Source: a virus. Taken from it: a stretch of DNA of 64,000 nt. The position numbers and the translations under genes were made by a program. Each line of letters begins with the position of its first letter. Position 1 is the stretch's first letter. Where the stretch lies: positions 1 to 64,000 of the IMG/VR virus record IMGVR_UViG_3300006854_000004, one strand, 5' to 3'. Under the pieces are notes generated by a model, which saw only the letters and a list, made by a program, of their open reading frames with translations, ran no database searches and was not told where the DNA came from. Positions 16,566 to 24,425 of the stretch are shown here, one piece after another.

Positions 16566-16793
16566 GTCTGCATTTCTCCATGTAGACCCATGACGCTGGG
16601 TCGCGGCGACGCTGGCGGAATGCCAGAGTGGTGGGTCGCTAGGTGGTGAACCTACTCGTCGCCGGTCTGCCGGGCGACCCGTGTAGCATCCTGAGGCTCG
16701 TTCTATCACGCGCACCTGCGGCGCGCAAGGGGTTTTCGTAACTTTCTGCGTGGGTATCACTCTACCCGGGTCCCGGGCTACCCGGGTGTGCGC

Positions 16794-16970
16794 TTACTGC
16801 GCGATGGCGAGAACGAGGCGCTCACGCTCACGGCCACAACCGACCACCGTCGCCCACAACCGGCCCTGCTCGTCGGTGCGCAGCGAGTGCGCGATGCGCC
16901 GGCGGTTACGACCACACATGCGAACGAGAACGGTGAAGGTAATCACGGGAACGGTGTTGATGGTGTTCAT
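16794..16970 (-). CDS. small basic protein, hypothetical (58 aa)
   Basis: AGGAGA, then a TATATATAT spacer, then ATG 16970. This is the C-terminal part of track ORF 16794-17135. Confidence 0.45.
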   Translation of the reverse strand: MNTINTVPVITFTVLVRMCGRNRRRIAHSLRTDEQGRLWATVVGCGRERERLVLAIAQ

Positions 16971-16980
16971 ATATATATAT
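16969..16980. repeat. (AT)6 dinucleotide repeat
   Basis: atatatatatat between the SD and start codon of 16794-16970. It is conspicuous in a GC-rich genome. Confidence 0.95.
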
Positions 16981-17022
16981 CTCCTGGTGTTGCTTGGCTG
17001 CTTGATTGCCGCCGATGACCCA

Positions 17023-17051
17023 AAGATAAGCACCCGTCGTGCCGATCGCAA
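17023..17051 (-). promoter_or_regulatory. sigma70-like promoter candidate
   Basis: On the - strand: TTGCGA - 17 nt - TATCTT, upstream of 16794-16970. Confidence 0.45.
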
Positions 17052-17258
17052 GTCCCCGAATTCACCCGGGCAGGATTGCGAACGTGTGACAGCTCCGCCC
17101 GGTGTCTGGCGTAAGTCCGCGGGGTCTCGTGTCAAGAACCGTCACCGCGCGACGCGTCAGTCATTCTACGCGACCGACGCCGACGAGCTTCTAGTCAGTT
17201 GCCGCAGACGGTCGGGCGGAGCTGTCATAGCTTCACAAGATCGCTCGAGTGATTCCGG

Positions 17259-17510
17259 ATGACTGCAGTCGGTCTGACGCTTGCTCATGATGGGGTCATG
17301 GCTAAGCGCAAGATGACCTACAGCGTGCATGTGCACTTCGCGACCGCTGACAAGGCGCGTTGCCTCGATGAGAAGTTCGAGACCCTGGATGCCGCACTGC
17401 GACGTGCACGGGAGTACACCAGCGATGCGAAGGCGGTGTGGGTGACCATGAGTGGTTACGGTGGAGTGGCTACGGAGTGGGTGAAGCGCTACGCTGGCAT
17501 GAACCAGTAA
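17259..17510 (+). CDS. hypothetical protein (+ strand island)
   Basis: ATG 17259, with an alternative ATG at 17298. Opposite orientation to the surrounding block. Confidence 0.45.
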   Translation: MTAVGLTLAHDGVMAKRKMTYSVHVHFATADKARCLDEKFETLDAALRRAREYTSDAKAVWVTMSGYGGVATEWVKRYAGMNQ

Positions 17511-17530
17511 CACGTACAAGGAGATACGAC

Positions 17531-17815
17531 ATGGCACGATGTGGCGTGAGTAGCATCATCATCAACAACTACACCTATCGCCTGGAGGCGCCGGATGTGT
17601 TCCGCATCGAGCCTCTACCCTACATGGGAGTAGCTGGAGCAGTCCTGCTACACTGGCGTCAAGGTAGCGGGTTCCTCCAGCACCAGGAGGACGGTACGGA
17701 GACGACCTACGCCGACGGCAGTGTGGTCAATGTAGACGGGTGGGAGCTGCGCCTGTTGACTACAGCGCAGGCGCAGAGGGTTCTAGACCTACTCTGTGCG
17801 CTAGATGGTGTGTAG
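17531..17815 (+). CDS. hypothetical protein (+ strand island)
   Basis: AAGGAGA lies before ATG 17531. The track start at 17438 overlaps the upstream gene. Confidence 0.55.
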   Translation: MARCGVSSIIINNYTYRLEAPDVFRIEPLPYMGVAGAVLLHWRQGSGFLQHQEDGTETTYADGSVVNVDGWELRLLTTAQAQRVLDLLCALDGV

Positions 17816-17823
17816 GAGCGCAC

Positions 17824-17991
17824 ATGCGCAGACCGCGCACAGAGGCGGAGGACGAGCGTAGGGCTCAGCGCTACCTGCGGTCACACTGTGTGTACTGCGG
17901 AGCGCGCACGCGTAGGTTGATGCCAGGGTGCGAGTTCACCTGCTGGTGTAAGGCGTGCCAGAAGCTCGTGGAGCAGGGACTGCTGAAGTAG
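17824..17991 (+). CDS. small Cys-rich protein (+ strand island)
   Basis: AGGAG lies before ATG 17824. Contains 'CVYCG...CEFTCWCKAC'. Confidence 0.5.
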   Translation: MRRPRTEAEDERRAQRYLRSHCVYCGARTRRLMPGCEFTCWCKACQKLVEQGLLK

Positions 17992-17996
17992 GTCAA

Positions 17997-18029
17997 AGAC
18001 CCGCGCCGGATCACACCGGTCGCGGGTCT
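17997..18029. terminator. bidirectional stem-loop between convergent genes
   Basis: AGACCCGCG ... CGCGGGTCT 9-bp stem with an inner CCGG/CCGG pairing. It starts 6 nt after the stop at 17991. Confidence 0.5.
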
Positions 18030-18077
18030 CGACACGTTCGGTCGGTCTAGAGCTTGCAGATGCAAGCTCCTTTCCAA

Positions 18078-18431
18078 TCACCGTGTAAGTCTGTCGATCA
18101 GCTTCCACACATGCGGGAAGAATAGTCGCCGCCCGGTGTTGTGACTCTTGTCGGCGAGTGCTAGGCGGAGCGTCGCTCGCTCCTGCGGTGTCGCCGTGCT
18201 GGACGCGAGCGCCCGCTCGAGGATCTCCAGCGTCTGTGAGACCATCATCGGATCGACGTGCGTGCGACACCCGTCCTTGCACTCGACGCCTCGAGGACCC
18301 TGCGGCGCGGCGAACGTCAGCGCCTCGACGAGCGCCGTACGCTCGGTCTCCGTGAACCTGTCGCTCCGCAGGACGGTCAGATGCTCGACGAACGCTCGCC
18401 ACGTCTTCGGGTGTCGCACGGAGGGCGTCAT
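18078..18431 (-). CDS. hypothetical protein
   Basis: Coherent ORF. 4-nt overlap with the upstream candidate. Confidence 0.55.
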   Translation of the reverse strand: MTPSVRHPKTWRAFVEHLTVLRSDRFTETERTALVEALTFAAPQGPRGVECKDGCRTHVDPMMVSQTLEILERALASSTATPQERATLRLALADKSHNTGRRLFFPHVWKLIDRLTR

Positions 18432-18595
18432 CCTGGTAGCCTTCCTCTCACTACGACGACATCGCCTCGCAGCGACACGTCAGCTCTGATTCCACGGAGC
18501 TGAAAGCTCCTGCGCATCTGGTCGACGAGCGAGATGCCCGACTTGTATCCGACGACCTCGCACTCGATCATGGCCAGACCCGGCAGGAGGATCAT
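18428..18595 (-). CDS. hypothetical small protein
   Basis: Only the C-terminal part of track ORF 18428-18997 is free of the ligase gene. ATG at 18595. Confidence 0.3.
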   Translation of the reverse strand: MILLPGLAMIECEVVGYKSGISLVDQMRRSFQLRGIRADVSLRGDVVVVRGRLPG

Positions 18596-18606
18596 GACCG
18601 TGGTCG

Positions 18607-19596
18607 CTACAGGAGCGTCAGCTGACGGTCGTCTTCTGGACACGACCCCTCCTCTCGGCCGAGGTCGCGCATCATCTTCGAGTACGTGCACGCTCGCGGG
18701 TCGGCGTCCTCTCGCCAGCGCACGAAGCGCGGGTGACGGAGCCTGTCCTTCGCCCACTCCTGCGCTACGATCTCGATCACGCGACCCATCCACGCGTCCC
18801 GGTTGTTCGACATCTCGAGCCGAGTCGCATCGTCCATCCCGCTCACCTGGGCGACCTCGACGAGAGTGCCGTCCGCATAGACCGAGACGATCAGCGCACC
18901 GATCTGCCCGAAGATGCGACCGGTCCGCCCGAATCGAGCTTCGGTGAAGCCAGTGACGACGACGTCGAGAGTGTGCTCCCGCTTGACCTTGACCCATCCC
19001 TCACCGTACGGCGCTCCGAGGTCCTTCGCGATGATGCCCTCGCCGCCGCGTGCTACGATCTCCTCGTAGAAGACCCTCTCCGGACGTCGCTGCGGTACGA
19101 CGCGGATCAGGTGGTGGTCGATACGCTTGATGAGCGTCTCGAGGATCTGGCGTCGCTCCATCTGCGTCAGCTCCCTGACGTCGTCGCCGTCCCGATAGAG
19201 TACGTCGAACACGCGGAAGGTCGGCGAGCCGATCTGGCGGATCTTCGCGTGCGCTACGTCCAGATCGGAGTTCATGATGCCAGCGATGTCCCGAAAGCTC
19301 GCTCCGTCCGGAGGATAGATCTCGCCGTCGAGGACCGTGTAGTCCAGCAGTCGCTGAGCGCTCATCGGCCATAGCCCGGGGACCTGAAGACCCTTCTCCG
19401 ACAGGAGGCCGGTCCGGTCGCTGACCCTTCGTCCGGTGAGGTAGACGCGACTGAGGTTCCTGCCGATGTGCATCAGATAGCGCCATCCATCGAGCTTCTC
19501 CTCAGCGACCCATCCGTGCGAGTCCCAGATCTCGCTCAGCCGCTTGTCGCTGACCCGCTTCGCGCGAGCGGGCTCGATCTCCAGGTAGTCGCTCAT
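18607..19596 (-). CDS. ATP-dependent DNA ligase
   Basis: 'EEKLDGWR' matches the KxDGxR adenylation motif. ATGA overlap start at 19596 (the track start at 19656 was rejected). Confidence 0.8.
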   Translation of the reverse strand: MSDYLEIEPARAKRVSDKRLSEIWDSHGWVAEEKLDGWRYLMHIGRNLSRVYLTGRRVSDRTGLLSEKGLQVPGLWPMSAQRLLDYTVLDGEIYPPDGASFRDIAGIMNSDLDVAHAKIRQIGSPTFRVFDVLYRDGDDVRELTQMERRQILETLIKRIDHHLIRVVPQRRPERVFYEEIVARGGEGIIAKDLGAPYGEGWVKVKREHTLDVVVTGFTEARFGRTGRIFGQIGALIVSVYADGTLVEVAQVSGMDDATRLEMSNNRDAWMGRVIEIVAQEWAKDRLRHPRFVRWREDADPRACTYSKMMRDLGREEGSCPEDDRQLTLL

Positions 19597-19766
19597 CGTG
19601 CGTCCTTCTCTAGGGCGATGTGCATCGATCGCAGGGATCGACGAATGTCCTCGCACTCACGGATGTAGTCCGGTTTGTCCGCGACGTTCGCGAGAGTCAG
19701 CCTGTCCTCGAACGCGTTCAAGCTCCTGAGTGCCTCGCGCAGCAGACCCTGAAGCTGATTCTTCAC
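19593..19766 (-). CDS. hypothetical protein
   Basis: GTG 19766 is preceded by GGGAGG and forms a GTGA overlap with 19763-19912. The alternative track model is 19593-19817. Confidence 0.4.
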   Translation of the reverse strand: MKNQLQGLLREALRSLNAFEDRLTLANVADKPDYIRECEDIRRSLRSMHIALEKDAR

Positions 19767-19912
19767 AGCGAGACCTCCCGCACGTAGAAGGTCTTCCCAG
19801 CCAGGAACAGATACCATCCTCGACCGTAGCGCGCGGAGTGGTCGACGAGCGTCTGGAAGAACGTGAACATCACGGACTCGTACAGATCCTGCTCACGGGG
19901 CGTCATCCACAT
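19763..19912 (-). CDS. hypothetical small protein (49 aa, below track cutoff)
   Basis: My own translation is 'MWMTPREQDLYESVMFTFFQTLVDHSARYGRGWYLFLAGKTFYVREVSL'. It fills the gap between its neighbours with coupled start and stop. Confidence 0.4.
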   Translation of the reverse strand: MWMTPREQDLYESVMFTFFQTLVDHSARYGRGWYLFLAGKTFYVREVSL

Positions 19913-20253
19913 CAAGGCAGACGCTCCACGAGACGCTGGCTGAGCGTCAGCGCCAGCTCGACAGCGTACGCGTCGATCTTCTCCTTCGTCCAGCCGAAGG
20001 ACTCCATCTTGTCGACGGCGGCGTCGCCGTCTAGACCAGCGGTCATCATCTGAGCGTCAGCCCAGATCCGCTTGCTGAGCGTCTCGGAGATGCTCGCCTG
20101 AGCGATGCTTGTGACCATGATGATGAGCGCCTTGCTCGCCTCGTGGTACGCCTTGACCGGCATCGAGATGACACCGACGACGCGCTCGTTGTCGTGCACA
20201 CTCACCCGGGCTAGACCGCCACTCGACTGCACACTGATTCGCCACCTACTCAT
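19912..20253 (-). CDS. hypothetical protein
   Basis: Coherent ORF. Confidence 0.55.
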   Translation of the reverse strand: MSRWRISVQSSGGLARVSVHDNERVVGVISMPVKAYHEASKALIIMVTSIAQASISETLSKRIWADAQMMTAGLDGDAAVDKMESFGWTKEKIDAYAVELALTLSQRLVERLP

Positions 20254-20560
20254 CGTCGTATCTCCTCTCGTTCTCGGCTACGTCGTCACACAGGTCGTCA
20301 TAGTACCGCTCGGCTTGCTCGTACGCGGTGTCGAACACGATACTCGCAGCTTGCTCGAGCGAGATACCTCGCTCTGCCGCGACGAGCGCTATCAACTGCT
20401 CTAGCGTGATGGTCCCGCCATCGAAGGTGACCTCGTCTGCGATCTCGACCTCGCCGGACTCCGGAGGGTCGAAGTACGACCCGGACGTGCCGCGAGTGAA
20501 GTCATCGATCTCGAGATCGTAGGCGACGCCGCCCACGGTGATGTGGACGGTGCAGTTCAC
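20246..20560 (-). CDS. acidic hypothetical protein
   Basis: Coherent ORF, rich in Asp/Glu. Confidence 0.55.
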   Translation of the reverse strand: MNCTVHITVGGVAYDLEIDDFTRGTSGSYFDPPESGEVEIADEVTFDGGTITLEQLIALVAAERGISLEQAASIVFDTAYEQAERYYDDLCDDVAENERRYDDE

Positions 20561-20748
20561 TCGGAGTCCTCCTCCTCTTCCTCTTCCTCGTCGTCGATGG
20601 CCTCCAGCTCCTCGTCCTCGTCCTCCTCCTCTTCCTCCTCCTCGTCGACCTCTTCCTCGTCGTCCCCGTCCTCGACGGTCGCGTCGGCCTGGTCGGTCCC
20701 GTTCTGAGTCTGCGTCTCCTCCGGTGCGGTAGTCTGCGTCTGAATCAC
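20557..20748 (-). CDS. hyper-acidic small protein (63 aa)
   Basis: GTGA overlap start at 20748. Sequence is 'VIQTQTTAPEETQTQNGTDQADATVEDGDDEEEVDEEEEEEEDEDEELEAIDDEEEEEEEDSE'. The rest of track ORF 20557-21330 was discarded. Confidence 0.5.
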   Translation of the reverse strand: MIQTQTTAPEETQTQNGTDQADATVEDGDDEEEVDEEEEEEEDEDEELEAIDDEEEEEEEDSE

Positions 20749-21071
20749 GGTGTATATCCCTTCTTGTCCATCGTTGCTTGGATCTGCGTCTGCTGCTCTG
20801 GCGTCAGCTCGAGCCTCAGGTAGCTGCTGACAGTCATCTCGTGATCCCAGAGCGACACGAGTCCGTCTGCATCGACTGTCAGATGCAGAATTCCCTGTCG
20901 CCACGTTGTGTCGGCCACCGACTCCTTCTCCCACCCAGCACGATAGAACGCCCACGCTTGAACGAGCGGGTCGTGGCCATACGACTTGTTCGACATGACC
21001 TTGACGAAGGACTTCCACGCTGGATGTCCGTCCTCCGGTGTCATGAGCGCTGCGATGTCCTTCGCCGTCAC
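20745..21071 (-). CDS. hypothetical protein
   Basis: GTGA overlap start at 21071. Confidence 0.5.
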   Translation of the reverse strand: MTAKDIAALMTPEDGHPAWKSFVKVMSNKSYGHDPLVQAWAFYRAGWEKESVADTTWRQGILHLTVDADGLVSLWDHEMTVSSYLRLELTPEQQTQIQATMDKKGYTP

Positions 21072-21451
21072 TGTCCGTATCCCCTCCATTTCTCGTAGCA
21101 CACTTGACCGCCGGAGCGGTCGATGATGCTGATCTCGACGTCCTTGCGGTCGGTGCCGCGCTTCGGACGCACCGAGACGACGAGGGTCTGGGTCGAGCTT
21201 CGCCAGAATGCCCAGGTGCCGAAGCTGGTCTGGACGACCTCGTCAGCGTGGGTTCCGCCGCGGTAGACCATACCGTCGTCGACGGTGAGGGTCGTGCGGG
21301 CGATGGCGAGGACGGTGTCCTTGAAGCCACGATCGCAGTGCGCTCCCGCGTGCTGAACGAACGCTCCGCTCTCCGGCATGACCCGGACGACGTCAGCGCT
21401 CGCTAGCAGCGGCAGCGACAGAAGGCTCGCTAGAATCATCAGCTTCCTCAT
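21068..21451 (-). CDS. secreted protein (Sec signal peptide)
   Basis: 'MRKLMILASLLSLPLLASA' signal peptide. GGGAGG lies 9 nt before the ATG. Confidence 0.55.
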   Translation of the reverse strand: MRKLMILASLLSLPLLASADVVRVMPESGAFVQHAGAHCDRGFKDTVLAIARTTLTVDDGMVYRGGTHADEVVQTSFGTWAFWRSSTQTLVVSVRPKRGTDRKDVEISIIDRSGGQVCYEKWRGYGQ

Positions 21452-21578
21452 ACTTCTCGACCTCCCTCTTGATCTCGTCGATGATGCACGTGAGATACGA
21501 CTGTTTGCTCTGCGCTACGTTCGCCCGAATGCGTGACTCGAGCATCTCGAGGCAGAGCATGACCTTCAGCTTATTCAC
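21393..21578 (-). CDS. hypothetical small protein
   Basis: Track ORF. Its 3' end overlaps the next gene by 59 nt, so it is uncertain. Confidence 0.3.
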   Translation of the reverse strand: MNKLKVMLCLEMLESRIRANVAQSKQSYLTCIIDEIKREVEKYEEADDSSEPSVAAAASER

Positions 21579-21780
21579 CGTCCTTCTCCTGGATGTGATA
21601 GACCCAATGACCCTTGACGTGATGGCCAGGAACGTCGTGAGGCTTACGCCAGTGACGCTTCAGGCGAACGCGACCGCTGAGGAGTCTCTTGATGCGCTGG
21701 AGCTTCTGCTCCAACCGCTCCAGCTCCGCGTGCCAGTCGCGGTCCCGAAGCAGGTCTAGTTTCCGGCGAGCCACGGTCAC
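21571..21780 (-). CDS. basic hypothetical protein
   Basis: GTGA overlap start at 21780. Confidence 0.45.
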   Translation of the reverse strand: MTVARRKLDLLRDRDWHAELERLEQKLQRIKRLLSGRVRLKRHWRKPHDVPGHHVKGHWVYHIQEKDGE

Positions 21781-22040
21781 TGCTCCGTCATCGGAAGCGT
21801 GTTCCACGTCGGGTTGATGGACGCCTCGAAGATGCGGCTCGTCGGCAGACCGTCACCAGCGTGGAAGTCGGTGGCCGCGCAGAACAGGCGACCAGCGACC
21901 TCGAGCGTGGCGATGCCCTTGTACGGCGTCCAGTCTCCGGTACGGACCAGGACGCCGTCGTCGAACAGGACGACGCGATGCCTGAATCCGGTCACGCGGT
22001 CCTCGACGTCCCACTTCACCATCGGCTTCTTGAACTGCAT
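21777..22040 (-). CDS. hypothetical protein
   Basis: 1-nt TGATG overlap with the upstream gene. Confidence 0.55.
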   Translation of the reverse strand: MQFKKPMVKWDVEDRVTGFRHRVVLFDDGVLVRTGDWTPYKGIATLEVAGRLFCAATDFHAGDGLPTSRIFEASINPTWNTLPMTEQ

Positions 22041-22288
22041 CAGAGAGCCTTAGCGTGCTTCGCGCACGCGAGTCGAAGGTCGTCCTGAAGCTGTCTGACC
22101 TCGTCGATGACAGCGGACAGGTCGCTGCGCTTCTTCGCAGCGATGGCGGCAGCGGCCTCGGTCTCGATGGCGAGGATCTCCGCGTGAGCCTGCCTGAGCA
22201 CGATGCGCATGGACAGCTGCCGAAGCTCCATCGGCAGGTCCTCGAACATCTTCCGCTCTACCTCTTCTACTGTCGAACCTGTCTTCAT
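22040..22288 (-). CDS. hypothetical coiled-coil protein
   Basis: First ORF downstream of the promoter at 22335-22363. GGAGGA lies before the ATG. Confidence 0.55.
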   Translation of the reverse strand: MKTGSTVEEVERKMFEDLPMELRQLSMRIVLRQAHAEILAIETEAAAAIAAKKRSDLSAVIDEVRQLQDDLRLACAKHAKAL

Positions 22289-22334
22289 CTCAGTCCTCCT
22301 GTCGCCGACGGTTGCTTTGGTCAGCGAAAAGCTA

Positions 22335-22363
22335 AGTATACCAAACCTTTAAGCGGATTGCAA
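22335..22363 (-). promoter_or_regulatory. near-consensus sigma70-type promoter
   Basis: On the - strand: TTGCAA - 17 nt - TATACT, in an 88-nt AT-richer gap. Confidence 0.55.
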
Positions 22364-22376
22364 GAGGGAACTTGCG

Positions 22377-22898
22377 TCAGTCATGGCGCTCGTGCAGACC
22401 CGGTCTTCGGCATCCCGGACGACGGCACGGATTCTCCATCGCGCGCCGCTCGCGGTCGTCGTCAGACAGCGGTCTCGCGGTCGGCATCGGTGTCGCGCGA
22501 GGTCTCTGACGAATCGGCTCGGGTCGAGCGACGTGAGACTTCGGCTCTAGACACTTCCCGTAGCAGTTCGCGCTACAGACCGGTTCGAGCTTCGGCTGAT
22601 ACGTCGCTGCTATCGCATCACCCATAGCGCGGTCTCGCGCGCGCTGCTCAGGCATGTACTCCCGCGTCTGCTGCACGACTGACCTTCGCGCGCGCAGAGT
22701 CTCGAGCCGCTCCTCGCGCTTCTTCGCCATCTCTTCGTCGATCTTCTCTACAGCGGCTCGGACCTCAGGGATGTGCTCCTCGAGCAGACGCTCGACCGTC
22801 TCTGACATGGAGTAGCCAGTCTCGTCCGTGTGAGACTTGAGCGCCTCGTAGATCGACCGATTGAGGCTGAGGCTGCGTCGGGTCTGCTTCTTAGCCAT
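22377..22898 (-). CDS. ribbon-helix-helix (CopG/Arc-like) DNA-binding protein
   Basis: The N-terminus 'RSLSLNRSIYEALKSHTDETGYSMSETVERLLEEHI' fits an RHH fold. The C-terminal half is basic and Cys-containing. Confidence 0.55.
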   Translation of the reverse strand: MAKKQTRRSLSLNRSIYEALKSHTDETGYSMSETVERLLEEHIPEVRAAVEKIDEEMAKKREERLETLRARRSVVQQTREYMPEQRARDRAMGDAIAATYQPKLEPVCSANCYGKCLEPKSHVARPEPIRQRPRATPMPTARPLSDDDRERRAMENPCRRPGCRRPGLHERHD

Positions 22899-23139
22899 CG
22901 TCCTTCACCTTGAACGGTTCGATGTGTCCACCCTCGCGCACGATCTCTGTCACCTTCCTGTCGGCATCGTCGAGGATCTTGCGGATCTTCCCCTGAAGCT
23001 CGACGCACTTGTCGTACGTCGCGATGCTCTCCTCGAGCGTCAGCTCGTTGTTCTCCAGCTGCTCGGTCAGGTGTCGCAGACGGTCGAACAGACTCTGAAG
23101 ATCCTCACCGGGCGGCTCGGCGGCGACTACCTTCTCCAC
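22891..23139 (-). CDS. exodeoxyribonuclease VII small subunit (XseB)-like protein
   Basis: GGAGGA lies 6 nt before GTG 23139. 'LQSLFDRLRHLTEQLENNELTLEESIATYDKCVELQGKIRKILDDADRKVTEI' aligns by eye with the XseB helical hairpin. ~82 aa. Confidence 0.55.
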   Translation of the reverse strand: MEKVVAAEPPGEDLQSLFDRLRHLTEQLENNELTLEESIATYDKCVELQGKIRKILDDADRKVTEIVREGGHIEPFKVKDDG

Positions 23140-23381
23140 GACTGATCCTCCAGGATGGCGCGACACAGGTTGAACAGATGCTGCTCCTCGACGCCGATCC
23201 ACTGGTTCTTGAAGATGTCCACGATACGACCCATCGCAGCCTCCAGATTGGCGATCCTAGTCTCGAGTCGCTTCTCCCGCTCGCGGAACGCCGTGTTCTC
23301 GATCACGAGACGGTCGCACGATATCTCCAGCTCCTTGACCTTCCCATTGACGAGAAGATGCACTATCATGTCCCTCAACAT
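23127..23381 (-). CDS. hypothetical coiled-coil protein
   Basis: Coherent ORF. Confidence 0.5.
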   Translation of the reverse strand: MLRDMIVHLLVNGKVKELEISCDRLVIENTAFREREKRLETRIANLEAAMGRIVDIFKNQWIGVEEQHLFNLCRAILEDQSWRR

Positions 23382-23390
23382 GACGACCTC

Positions 23391-23795
23391 CTAGAAGAGT
23401 GATAACTGCTTCGTCCTCGGAGCCTCGCTCCGTTGACGCCTCTCCCATGGTCGCTCTGTGCGACACCCAGGACAGTAGATAGATCCGTCCTCCGCGTGAC
23501 CACGCCTACCGACTATCTGCTTGAAGAAGCAGTGAGGCCACGGGACACCGGTCGCGGACTCCTGTCTCGCGCACGGGACCCATGTCTCGATGACCGCTCG
23601 AGTGATTCCCTGCATAGACTTCGCGCGGCGATACGCGCCCAGGGTGATACCGGAGTAGCGACCGCGGTCTGGCGCTCTCCACTCGCGAAGCCACTCCACG
23701 TGACTCAGTCGCTCCCCGGGCGACCACTCCACGTAGAGCGTCTGAAACTCGTCCGGGACCTCGAGAATCCTGTGCTCCTCGAAGTCCCAGATCAT
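23391..23795 (-). CDS. hypothetical protein
   Basis: ATGA overlap start at 23795. The Arg-rich N-terminal extension of the track ORF was discarded. Confidence 0.5.
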   Translation of the reverse strand: MIWDFEEHRILEVPDEFQTLYVEWSPGERLSHVEWLREWRAPDRGRYSGITLGAYRRAKSMQGITRAVIETWVPCARQESATGVPWPHCFFKQIVGRRGHAEDGSIYCPGCRTERPWERRQRSEAPRTKQLSLF

Positions 23796-24022
23796 CGAGG
23801 ATCCACCATGTCCAGCTTGTTCAGCGCCGCGATCAGGTCCTGACGAGCCGCCTCGCACGGACAACTCTCGACGTGATTGTCGTAGAAGCAGTTCTCGCCC
23901 TCGCGATCGTACTTGTCGGAGTCGTGAGGATACGCGCACTGAGCCTCGCGCCAGTCTCGCGCCGCGTCGACGACCATGTCTCGGACACGCTTCCTCTCTG
24001 CCTCGTCAGACATCGTCGCCAC
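23792..24022 (-). CDS. hypothetical protein
   Basis: Coherent ORF. Confidence 0.5.
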   Translation of the reverse strand: MATMSDEAERKRVRDMVVDAARDWREAQCAYPHDSDKYDREGENCFYDNHVESCPCEAARQDLIAALNKLDMVDPR

Positions 24023-24425
24023 GCATCCTCGCCGCAGCGGCTCGCATCAGGCGCACGAGCATCGGCACGTTGTTCACCTTGCCGGTCGCCTCGTACTCGT
24101 CGGCAAGAGCGGCCATCTGAGACGCGAGGCTGTCCTGCGTCGGAGCCTTCGCTCGCTCGTATCGCCAGTTCGACCAGAGCAGAGCCGACCCGACATCGGT
24201 GACGTTCTGCGTGTCGTCGACCTCGAATCGAGTGTTCAGCACGATGTCAGCGAGGATCTCACCGCTCTTCGCTGACAGTCGCATGTCGATGCCCTTGTCG
24301 CCTCGAAGCTCCGCGTACAGGACCGCTCCGTCCAACTCTGCCCTGCACGTCGCGCCTTCGAACTTGAACTCGATGTCGGGCGCGCCGGAGAGTGAGACGG
24401 TCACCGCTCGGAAACCGTCGCTCAC
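24006..24425 (-). CDS. hypothetical protein
   Basis: GTGA overlap start at 24425. Confidence 0.5.
   Translation of the reverse strand: MSDGFRAVTVSLSGAPDIEFKFEGATCRAELDGAVLYAELRGDKGIDMRLSAKSGEILADIVLNTRFEVDDTQNVTDVGSALLWSNWRYERAKAPTQDSLASQMAALADEYEATGKVNNVPMLVRLMRAAAARMRGDDV

Noticed and set aside
16750-17262. A 170-aa + strand ORF spanning the (AT)6 repeat and the divergent promoter region.
   Set aside because: It crosses a predicted promoter, has no SD, and gives a low-complexity Arg/Ser/Thr-rich translation. The minus-strand 58-aa ORF with a strong SD explains the region better.
21393-21578. A possible programmed frameshift or overlapping-gene arrangement with the secreted-protein gene (59-nt overlap).
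   Set aside because: I saw no slippery heptamer. The overlap is more simply explained by an uncertain stop or start assignment. It is kept as a low-confidence CDS only.
22377-22898. Interpreting the RHH protein and adjacent promoter as a lysogeny (repressor) switch.
   Set aside because: No integrase, excisionase, Cro/CI-like divergent pair or partition genes were found. RHH regulators are also common in virulent phages. Lifestyle cannot be inferred from this window.
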